54,632 nucleotides of DNA from Paraglomus brasilianum. Taxonomy: Eukaryota. A program made the translations under genes and the position numbers. Positions 13,469 through 29,509 of the stretch are shown one piece after another. The stretch covers positions 1 to 54,632 of the forward strand of contig CAJVPI010000097.1 in the NCBI GenBank assembly GCA_910592345.1, read 5' to 3'. How positions within the stretch are numbered: the stretch's first letter is position 1; each line of letters starts with the position of its first letter. Below the pieces are notes generated by a model. It made no database searches. It saw nothing but the letters and a program-made list of their open reading frames with translations, and was not told the DNA's origin.

Positions 13469-14074
13469 CTATCCACCGACACTTTTGATTAGCTTTGCTA
13501 AATTGAGATCAAATAACTCGCTACGAATGGGCATCTCTGGTGCATAGAAAGGATTCTTCATTACATAATCACTGTAAATGTCATATGCTCTGTGTAATAC
13601 ATTATCGATATTAGGATGGTTTGGGTCGGCAATAATTAAGAACTTGGTACCTAAACCAATGGTATCATAGAAAGAAGAAAGGTACATTAAAGAAACTGAG
13701 GAAGTTGTAACGCTGTTGGATACAATATGTCATGAAAAGTGAAGTCAGCATGCGAACCTGTTAGTGTTTGGTAACAGCAGAGTTTGAATGTGTCTGCTTC
13801 GAGTACCTCGAGGCCTGTTGACGTAACATTGCGAACGGGCGATATCTTAGACGTTATTGCATGTACACTAGAAAAAGAAGAGAAATATGGGTACTTTTGG
13901 TCTATGTCTGACTTTCATTCACTAGGACATTGAGTGATGAAGAAACTATCACCTGTGGAAAGTTCCCGCTAGCACAAGATATTCATTGGAAGTAAGCTTG
14001 GCCAGTCCCTCATTGAAATCCTTTTGATATATTAATCCGCCAGCTTTATTTATTATGTATACCGAGAATATCAT
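13469..14074 (-). CDS. TRS23: TRAPP complex subunit Trs23/TRAPPC4 (sybindin family)
   Basis: Exons 14074-13953, 13867-13758 and 13650-13469. [20 protein letters not shown]...[17 protein letters not shown]...QTLTGTKFL...[23 protein letters not shown]. Confidence 0.95.
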
Positions 14075-14135
14075 AGTTTATCTCTTTCTAAGTCTATGGT
14101 TTTGGTGTCGACTTCTCGGTGGCTTATACGTATGT

Positions 14136-14143
14136 TCACGTGA
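14136..14143. promoter_or_regulatory. Palindromic E-box TCACGTGA ~60 bp upstream of the TRS23 start
   Basis: Motif read directly. A bHLH-site function is inferred only from position. Confidence 0.3.
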
Positions 14144-14994
14144 TTATTGTCACACGAGCCAAATATCATGCTCTTGGACAATACAAAAGATAATCATAAT
14201 CATAATAGACGAGTTCTGTATGTTTGCATTCAAATACTAAGGTGAGCATGCTGGATTCCATAATGGGCCTCGTTAGACTAGGTAATAGTAAAGCAAAATA
14301 TCAAAAATAGTGGCGCCCACGAATGATAGACATCCATTCTAGATGAGCTAATTCTTCATAGAAGGGAGGTACGGGCGTTCGTAAATCGTTCATTGTAAAG
14401 TATTAGTATTAGGCAGACCGCAAACCTTGATTTGCTTATTTTAGAAGAATAGATATTTACTTACATGTAAAATGAATTAGGCGCAGAAATGTCAGCAATA
14501 TCGGAATTATTAACCAAGTCACAAATAATAACGTACACTATCAATGTCTTCCCCTGTCACAAAAGATGATATGGTGGTAAAAACAATCATTGGGAATGAG
14601 AATTTTAATCAATTATACTTTTTTGGTAGAAGGTTGATCACTAGAATTTTCTTTTGTCACATGTTTGTCTACAACTTCAGATTTCAAACTGTTGTTGTTG
14701 TGATACTAATATGTGGTGAAAAGGAAATAGTCTAAATTCTGTTGGTGCGCTCTAACAGAATTACCTTACATCAAAGAACGAAAACGAATTCCAGTTCGTC
14801 GCTAAAAACTGTTGTAAAACCCAAGACTTTTTCATTGCTTCGTATTAATTGTTCTCTTAGCCAGTACAGAAATATTTGCTGTTGTAATAGAGACTCATAA
14901 CTTAATTGGATTGCTTGACTGTATATTACCTTATCCATTCTCTCTCATATTCGAGTATATTCTTATTTCATCTTTTTCATTTACACTTTTAAGA

Positions 14995-15529
14995 ATGAGT
15001 CTTTCTTTGACAGACCGACTCGTTGAACTAAGCAAGGCACGGAACAATGGCCTTATTTCAGAAGAAGAATACGCGGCCATGCGAGCTCGCCTGCTCGATT
15101 CCTTTGCTACAGTCACTATACCGCCTCGCACAGCTTCTATGCCACAGGAATCAGACACACGACAGTCGCGCACATCTTTAGTTCCTCCATCTCGACCCTT
15201 ACCGCAACCACCTATACCGAATTACGCACTGAACCGATGCAGAGATGACTTACTTCCGAATGGCGCCGCAAATTTAGCCACCACACTGTATGCACGGCAA
15301 GGTAGCAAAAGTGAATTGAACCTAAGATCATTGCCGAGAGACTTGCCGGTTGCTGGACGACCGGGAACAAGTTCTAGGCAAGCGGCGAGCGATAGGCAGC
15401 AGCGAGCGCGCACGCTGATACTACAGCACGAGTACGACTACGAACATAAGCAGCAATACCAGCAACGTTATCGTCATCAGCCACAACAACCACAGCAGCA
15501 GCAGCAACAGCAACAACAAGAGCAACAGC

Positions 15530-15597
<68 letters not shown>

Positions 15598-15631
15598 GAA
15601 CAAGAACAAGAACAAGAACAACAACAACAGC

Positions 15632-15674
<43 letters not shown>

Positions 15675-16336
15675 GCAACAACAACAGCAACAGCAACAGC
15701 AACAGCAACAAGAACAACCGTCATATGGACCGAGCTTATGGGCACGCTTACGAGACACCATGACTGAAAGGCCTGGGAGTGTTGTAGTTACTGCAAATAA
15801 CATTTTGAGCATGCCTAATGGTAGGATTGAATTTGCTCAATGCTGAATGAAGACTTAAGATGATAGAAATGAAATTCGTTTTTTACTCATTATCGGACAA
15901 TTATCTTAGGCTATGACGAGTCGGTACCCGAAACGCCGCCACCACCATACTCACCGCCGGAACCACGTAAGTAAAACATTGTCTTTCTATATAACCTTAC
16001 TGCTTCGCATCTCTTTTAATCCCATCTTAAATCTTCGCGAAACGTCTTCTTGTCCCTCAAGTCCCTCGGCGCCGCCGTGCCTCCACAAGCTTTTTCATGA
16101 AACAGAAAACGGCTGCAGAACTTCGCGAAGAACTAAGTAAACTTGTTGATGACGCTAAACGAGAACAAGACTCGTGGAAAATGGAAGAAGCTCGACTGAA
16201 AATGAAAATGGTTACCAAACCCGAAGAGATTGAACGTGTCCGTAGAAAACAAAGAGCGTCTGCGGAAAAGTATACTCGAAAGATCGAGGCAATTAATATT
16301 AAACTGAGCATTGCACTCGCTATAGAACAAGCATAA
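14995..16336 (+). CDS. SHOCT-like N-terminus, long poly-Q, PPxY motif and C-terminal coiled coil (3 exons)
   Basis: Exons 14995-15820, 15910-15966 and 16062-16336 in frame. LTDRLVELSKARNNGLISEEEYAAMRARLL is SHOCT-like. Exon 2 encodes ETPPPPYSPP. Exon 3 begins the helical KTAAELREELSKL. Confidence 0.8.
15484..15717 (+). repeat. Coding CAA/CAG trinucleotide tract (~75 Q/E codons)
   Basis: Mostly CAA, with CAG and CAAGAA interruptions. Confidence 0.95.
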
Positions 16337-16675
16337 GCGAAGTCGTAGAATGTGAGAGGAATGTTGACGCGTATGTAGATGCCGCTCGATAAATAGATAA
16401 GAGCGGTTAAGATGATTTGTTCTATCATTTGACTCCCATAGAAACAATAGAATGACCGAATGCCTTCACATAATGGAGGCACATCAGAATGATTCAAAGA
16501 CATTTTGGAAAAAGAAAAATAGAAAACAGAGAGCGGCCTCTTACTGTTCCGAGATTTTCGATATTGCCTATTTCCCCTTTATTCTTTGCAATTCCCCTGT
16601 ATATATAAACCTAACTTTCTTACGAATCGTCTTTTTTAATGAAAAAGTTTCGCTTCTTATTCTTTATATGACGGA

Positions 16676-18074
16676 CTATAAGGTTGTCTGCATGGACACA
16701 TTGGAGGATGTTGAATTGGATCTTTCGAACTTATTATTGTTTAGAGCTTCATTGATTTCTTCAAATGATGTGAAGTGCCGTTGTAATAGTATCTTAATGT
16801 CTTCAAAAACTATCATTTGAAGGGGCAGGGTGATTAACAGATTAAAGAGATTGTCTCATTCAATAATTGACTTTAACAATTGAATGCAAATATTATAGCT
16901 CGGTTCTTAATTCACCTTTGTCGGCATATTCAACGTCTTTTAGATATACTTTTTGCAAAAAATCGACCATAGCTCCAGTACTAACAGCACATTCTTCCAC
17001 AGGAAGTGTATCATAATACGAATGGTCGATTTCGAATGGATTAGTTGGCGGTGGTGAAAGTGATAAAGTTATGATTTCGGCCATTATGTTCCATAGTATG
17101 ACGTCTACATACATCAGTACACGAGCGCATCTGTTAGTTAATTAACCCTTTGACTTAGAACTGAACTATCGTTTGATACCTTGCGTTTTCCATGCAGCTA
17201 TTGTATCGAGTTTAAGCGGACTATCGGTTTCAAGTTGCTGGTTATCTTGTATTTGAATTAGACTTTTATGGTTTGAACGAAGCTACAAGCACAAATCAGA
17301 ATTAAACAAATATTCGAACACTTGACAGAACCATCAGCGGAACAGAAAACTTACCCAAACATAAGGACACTTATACCGGGCATAGCCAGCAATCAGGAAA
17401 ACGGTTTTAGACTCATCCTGCCAGATAATTGTTTAGGACGAGACAGATGTTAGAAGTTTATATTCTCCTTCTCGAGATTGACAAAAGTAACTTGGAGATA
17501 CCTTTTCCAAATCCTTGTCCAATGGGCTAGGAAGTAACGAGACACCGTTTTCATTTGCATATATGCCATTATTTAAGCTAGTGGCAGGCAAATGCCCGAA
17601 ACCAGTTTTAATAGTCATTACCGAAATTTACGTCAACTCGTGTGAACACCTAACATGTTACTTACAATTGCCGCGTCCTCGGAGAGAACAATGCGTTGCT
17701 CCTAAGACAATATAACAGAATGTCAAATGTGAGGCCTGACGCAAATCAAATTTGTCCAAGAGCCATCTTTGAAAACCTTACTGCAACTTCGCCAATGATA
17801 AGGAATTGTAATTTCTCCGACTTGTCTCACATGTTGGGGTAGTAGGCTTACCAACGTTGTATATACGAAGCAAGAGTTCTTCGCGTCCCCTCAAGTACAG
17901 CTCAAAATGTTTAAAACCCTGCGCGATGGTAAGCGAAGTCTTAGTCGCAGTGCATCTTCCTCGGAGCAGTTGGCTTTAGTTGATTAATACCTTTAAGCTA
18001 CCGACAGACAGACAGTCCGCGAGGAAGGCATTCAAACGTGCCGTTTCTGATGTTGTTGGATGGTCAGCGGACAT
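16676..18074 (-). CDS. Conserved uncharacterised protein, 8 exons
   Basis: Spliced translation: MSADHPTTSETARLNAFLADCLSVGSLK-GFKHFELYLRGREELLLRIYN...KTVFLIAGYARYKCPYVW-LRSNHK...DSPLKLDTIAAWK...WNIMAEII...NPFEIDHSYYDTLP...TGAMVDFLQKVYL...YADKVFEDIK. All introns are GT-AG. It resembles an unknown-function family I recall from fungi and animals (not verified). Confidence 0.8.
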
Positions 18075-19438
18075 TCTGGTTGAATTATTAGGAAATTGCA
18101 AGAATACAAGTGAAGACGGACCAGTTTGCCTTTTGCTTAGCGGCTTTATATTTATCAGCAGTCGGACATTCCTATGACGTTTTGATCCAATTTTAAAAAT
18201 GATGTGATTGATAGACTATCATTTATAAATGAAACAAAGCGAACATCTGACGTCATGTGCGATGTTGTTAATTTGCTAATATTTCATCAATCTTGGCTTT
18301 TTCCCTGAATTCAAAGTGAACTTTGTTGTACTTCTTTATTAATCCTGAATTCACTATCAAAAGTTCGCTTCTAATCTCCTACACAAAAACTTTTCCTATT
18401 AGAAGATTGCCATAATATTAATGAAAAGTTTAAATCAGTCGTATGCTATACATCTTCATTTTGCAAGACAAAGTGATTTTCTGGCAGTAGTAGAACTCGA
18501 AGGAGGTTAGGACAGGCGAGAGCTGGGATAATTTCTCTTTTTATTACTATTTTAGCCGCACCAGCCATTTTGAAGTACGTGTCAAAGTCTTGCCCCCAAT
18601 AGCATCATTCCTAAAATTAGCAAACTCAAATCTTTATTGTTCTAATGCTACCTTTAATACACAAATTCAATAAAGCAACTCTAGAGAGTATCAGAGACTT
18701 GGTGGAAAGATAACCTGCCAAAGAATGACAAAATTCTAAAATGTTCGGTTTATCTGTAATTTAATTCAGTTTACTTATTAAACCCAGCATCACGGGCACG
18801 AGACGTGTTTGTCGAGAGACAGACGATCTTGCGAAGTATGTCCATTTGTTCACTTCACTCACGTGCACTTTTAGGTTGTTTAACTTTTCTCAACAAAATG
18901 TACTTGAATCTGGCCTTAGCTCTTTGAAATATCGCCGTAAAGAAAACAATGACTTAGTTTTTTGTGGCAATGTTTGCGTTAATTCGCCATGCATTTGCTT
19001 ACTGTACAGATTTCTGGGAGAAAACAGGCACGTCCTCGTTAAAAAATTCTTAGAATACCGACTTCTTACTGACAACCCCAACGAAAACTCGGACGTTGGG
19101 AAGAAGGTAGTCCAGTGGCAAATAAGATTCTAGGCAAGTCTACTTGTTTGTTAGTCAATTTGATGGCTCGCTCCATCATCAGTTACCCTGTCAGCTGCTT
19201 ACTTCATACTTTGAATTAGCAAGAGTGCTAGAAGTCTAGTAACTGGGCATGACAATGCTGAAGCACATTGCTTTGGTCAAAAACCAAGGAAATAATATCT
19301 GATGTGAGTATTTTTTTTTTTTAGAAGTTGATATTGTAGTCGGCTGAAACTAATTATCAGCTTTTGTTTCATGATAATACATTCCAGTGTCATAATACAA
19401 TAGCAGCCATAAGTATCATATTCCTTCTAAGAGTGAGT

Positions 19439-19930
19439 AAATGCTTTGTTCTCTGCGTATGGTGTATAAGAAACCCTGATCACCTGCAAAATTTCAGCTC
19501 AATCGGATGTCTCTAAGAAAAACTTCCAAACAGCTAATATTTGTCATGAAACCATATCAAACCTCTAATCAATTTGCGTGATCTTTTCTTTTTTTTGTTT
19601 GTCAGATCTGTATCTACGTACGTCGCGGTCGAATCAGTAGAAAATTGTTATTATACTTAGCAATAAATACCAATCAACATCATTATATTGCATGATCCGT
19701 AGTAGCGATCACACAGTAATCTTTTAAACAAAATAAAAATAAAAAGATCACGAAATTTGATTAGAAATATGAATTTATGACCGAAATCGCGCATGACATG
19801 ATATTAATATATCTTGAGGTAAAAACATTTGGTATTTGAAGGTTTTTCTAGAGACATCCAATTGAGCTGAAATTTTACAGGTGATCAGGGTTATTTATAC
19901 ACTATACGCAGAGAAATTTTCAAAGCATTT
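19439..19930. mobile_element. ~490-bp foldback/MITE-like element with long inverted arms
   Basis: TTCTCTGCGTATGGTGTATAAGAAACCCTGATCACCTGCAAAATTTCAGCTCAATCGGATGTCTCTA (~19449-19515) is the near-perfect reverse complement of ~19849-19916. A second inner match pairs ~19565-19600 with ~19726-19764. No target-site duplication (TSD) identified. Confidence 0.75.
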
Positions 19931-20906
19931 CAAAATGCAATGCTGTAAAAATGGATGACACGAATACTTGTTAAATACAAAATAACACGTTTCGGTACGC
20001 CTGAATATACAGACGATAGAATAATTCACTATCATCCGAAAAAGTGATCATTACGTCCATTTATGAAAACTAGACGTTACACCAAATATTTCCATTTATT
20101 ATTCGTATTAACTATGGAGAAATTTAGTCATGCGCATCACGGTATGGTGGTTAAAGAGGCATTTTAAATCTAAATTGCGTGCGGGATACTAGAAGGATGT
20201 CCTTTCCAGCGTTGCTTCTGAATATGAGAAATGCATCACGATTCGAGTGGTCCAAAGCATTTATAATTCTTGAAATTACTGGTGGGTTATGATTATACGT
20301 TATTTTCAAGCTGTAATGTTGAGTCTTGCCTGTTGGCAATGGAGTGAAAGTAACAACCATTTGGCTAGAATAGTTATGAGAACATTTGTCGGCTGAATCA
20401 ATCCTCAATGACTCATTACCATCATCGATCTCTCTTCCATGCTGTGCCGATTAGTCGCTTTAGCATTCCGAAGTAACAATGATAACCATGCGAAGACCTA
20501 GCTATATTTTTACCATCTTCTTTCGCATTTTATTCTTATGCCTCCACTTGTCCCAGAACTCTCTCAGATTTGCATTCTTAATACGATGTGAAGACCAGTT
20601 GGTCAGAATTGCGCAGATACAACATATGACATTAAAAGAGATCCTGTAAGATCTCTTTTTCGCCAAAGTGACAAGTCTGCCGGATAACATCAGAGGCCTA
20701 CCTGTAAGAATTCCTCATAGTCTTTTAATCTGCATAGCTTGTCAGATAATTTGGCTGTAATCCCAACATCAGTCACGGGACTCGCATGAGTACCAATTAG
20801 ACATCGTCAATCACATGTTTTTGATTTCCAGCCACAGTGGTAATATAACTTCGTTCAATATTACACATTTCAACGACATCTACTCTTTTAATCTTTCTCA
20901 CACCTA

Positions 20907-26249
<5,343 letters not shown>

Positions 26250-26686
26250 AACAAATAGAACATTGATTAATATTGTTTAGTGTACTGTCATGATATATTG
26301 AGTCGATCGAGACTGCATCGGATGAAGATAGACTAGTTAGTTATTATGTATAATCAAAGATGTAGACCGCGATATCGTCAAATAAAGCAGAGACAATTGC
26401 ATACAGCAAACATAAATTATCTTGATACTCTGATTGACGTTTAAATTGCGTTTGCTTCTTGCAAAAGTAATTAGAACGCCAGAGCCAGAGTATCAATTTT
26501 TATTTAAGAGGTTAGCCATCAGTTACTATTAAAATATACACAGGGTTCAAATACATATAAAATACAAGCCCTAAGTGTTGAACAGGCTTCCCATCATCTT
26601 AGCTAGGGAATAAATAAATAATAAATAAATAATGTGTATGTATATATACTATTTTAAACCTCTATACTAAATATTTATCTATCTTT

Positions 26687-27993
26687 TCATTTCTTCCCTT
26701 TCTTGTCTTTCTTCTTTTTCTTTTTCTTTTTGTCCTTTTTCTTTTTGTCCTTTTCCTCTTCCTCCATCGGGTAATCATACTCTTGATACCCATTATCATT
26801 GGATATCTCCTGTGCATTCTCAAGATCATTCTTTTTCCTTCTTCTCACATGATAGTTCCGCGCAATCAGCATAATTTGCCATAAGATTCTCCCCACCAAA
26901 AAAACTATAGCAACGGAAAGTGAGATACCCAAAGTCAATAGCTTGTGATCAGTTTCTTTTCCAGTCCTCTCCCGTATTCCTCCCAAATCAGATACGAATG
27001 CAAACCCGAGCCAACAAATATATAGCAAACATATCAAGTCAGATGTTACACCCAAACGATCTACTTGGCTTTGGGATAGATGATGACGGCCAATGAGAAG
27101 ATAGGCTTCTTTCTTGGCGAGAAGAACACCAAAGCCTTCAATTAGACTGAGAGAATGGTTGGTGTATTTATATATCTGATAAATGTTCACAAAACGAGGA
27201 AGTAACTCAAAAGCCGTTATTAAAAGAAAAGCTGAACGAGCTATCATTTTGCCATGTCCGCCCAACTATATAATGTGATATAGTAAAAGGAATGATTAAA
27301 ATTAATACGCAAACGAAAAGGAAGAAGATTTGGATAAACGCATCCATCACAATTATTGTTACAGAGACGATCACTGGATTTAAATGCATGTTAATAACTC
27401 ACCTCACTATAATAAAACTTGATCAGAAGGACACTTGCTAACAAGGTATACATGTTCAAGAAAGCAAAACCGAGCCAGATCAGTTTTGTCCATGATGACG
27501 GGTTTAACATAGGCGATGGATCTTCATCTATTTTTGGGCGATCTATCGGACCGCTCTTTATAGGTTGCAATGATGGCTTAATAGTAAAGTTTTCGGTTTT
27601 TTCTGTTAAGGCTATTTCAGATTCACTGGTTATCGTTTGTAATTCATAGGCTGAAAGGTCGTGTACACTATGTATCGGAGTGTGTACTGGGCTAAAGCCA
27701 TTTGCTTGTTGTGCTTGCTGTGTATGTGCTTGTTGTGTATGCAGAATTTGGTAGTTCTCTATAGTGCTTTGAGCGTTACCCATACCACCGGTAATGTATG
27801 CATTGTGCAAAGGTTGAGGTTGAGGCTGAGGTTGAGGTTGAGGTTGAGGTTGAGGTTGAGGATAAGGTGTTGAATGTGGTGGTTGAAACTGGTGTGCAGT
27901 TGGAATATTGACATTAAAAGTCTGGGCATACGGGTAATTTGCCGAGTAGTCATCTGAACGTCCATAGTTGTAGTGGCTTCCTGCTGGTTCCAT
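26687..27993 (-). CDS. Multi-pass membrane protein with P/Q-rich N-terminus and Lys-rich C-terminal tail (~389 aa, 2 exons)
   Basis: Exon 27993-27403, intron GTGAGT...TATATAG, then exon 27265-26687 in frame. About 4 hydrophobic helices (KLIWLGFAFLNMYTLLASVLLI; SAFLLITAFELL; LICLLYICWLGFAFV; LLTLGISLSVAIVFLVG). Ends KDKKKKDKKKKKKKDKKGKK. Confidence 0.75.
27811..27861 (-). repeat. Coding hexamer repeat (CCTCAA)n encoding PQPQPQ
   Basis: AGGTTG repeated ~8 times on the + strand. Confidence 0.9.
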
Positions 27994-29509
27994 AGTAAGG
28001 TATGGAAAGCAATTAATGGACGGGGGAGGGCGAGTAGGCAATAAAAAGAATGTGCGTGGGGCGAGGGAGTACAAGTCGTAGTCTCCTCTGACACGTTAGG
28101 GAGATGTTAATTTAAATATTGCAATTGTTGAAACTCAGTCTAAAGCGTATTTTTATTTATGATCCCCCCCGCAGTTTAATCAGGCAAGTGTAACTTGGTG
28201 AATTAAATTGTAACCAATCATCAGTACGTTGCATAAATAGAGTGTCTTGTGGATCCACATTATCTTCTTCAGGAATTGAAACAAGAACATATAAGGTATG
28301 GGTTACAAGACAAAGGTTAATACTCTTTGATGATTTGGTGGTTTTTTAGACATAAACGGTGCTATTCTAATAAGCATTGTAAGGATACAACAATGTTTCA
28401 GAATCATCGGTACTCACACTACCTGTTGTTATACCTGTTCTGCCGAACGGAGGTCGTTAGATTAAGATGTTCAGCCCATGAAGTTTCTTCATAGGGTTAT
28501 GCAAATTATATCAATAAACCGTATGTTTAAAGCAAAGAAAGTTTTGGGAGGTCTAACGCTATATGCTTAGAACATTTAATTCCGTAGGGTTAAGGCTAAC
28601 AATTGAAGTTAGAAGTTCTGCAATGAAGATTGCGAACCATAATAATAATACAGTACTTACCCAGGTTTTTGGGCGGTCACGTGGACATCAATTGAGAAAA
28701 AAAATATCTATCGCTATAATCCACATTTCTTGGCATCGCAATTTCTGGCACGCAATTATTTTTTCTGGAAATATAATTTTTGGAAGCCGAAGACAAACTT
28801 AGTATTATAACGGCGCTAGAATATCAATGAGAGTCGTGCAACAAGGGCTGCTTAGACTTGCTGTAGCCAGGAGGCATATCAAGTTGTACGCCAAATGAAT
28901 AAACAATTGATCGGCCTACATACAGATTTGTTACGCTTATATCGGAAGGGAAGTTGGGAAATTTGGATTGTGTGTGGCCAATAAATCTGGTCCGAAAATT
29001 TGTTGCAAGTGTTTAAGTTCTTTTCGTTGATTCATCGATTTGTTCCTCATAACATAGTCATAGCACCTTCTTCCCTTTCCGTAAACACATGAGTAACACG
29101 CTGTCAAAGTGCGATTTATAATGGCTTCCCCCTGCAATTTACAAAATGTGTACCAGATGTGCCAAGAGCCAATCATAACGTATATTTTTTCTTGCCAAGA
29201 CATCTTGCTTCAAACCCCGAAGTCCTTTTCGTATCCATTATTATTACCGTTGATATTCGGATTAATAATTTCGATAATAGACAATCACAAATGCGCCTTT
29301 ACTTCAAATCATAGATATAAATGCGTCGAATTGTATATGTTCTACACAATCACGCGATAGATGCAGTGTTCGTACATATGCATAGAGTGTACGCCAAAAT
29401 TCCAATGCTGTAGAAAAATTCGATAAATGTTATATAACTAATTAGTTGGCAGCGTCGCTACATGTGTGAATTATAATTTATGAGAAAAAAAAGTCATGTG
29501 TTTGTCGAT

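Noticed and set aside
15374..15812. Minus-strand poly-Val, poly-Leu and poly-Cys ORFs
   Set aside because: Antisense shadows of the CAA/CAG poly-Q tract.
27207..27389. 60-aa hydrophobic ORF
   Set aside because: Lies mostly in the intron of the membrane-protein gene and is out of frame with exon 2.
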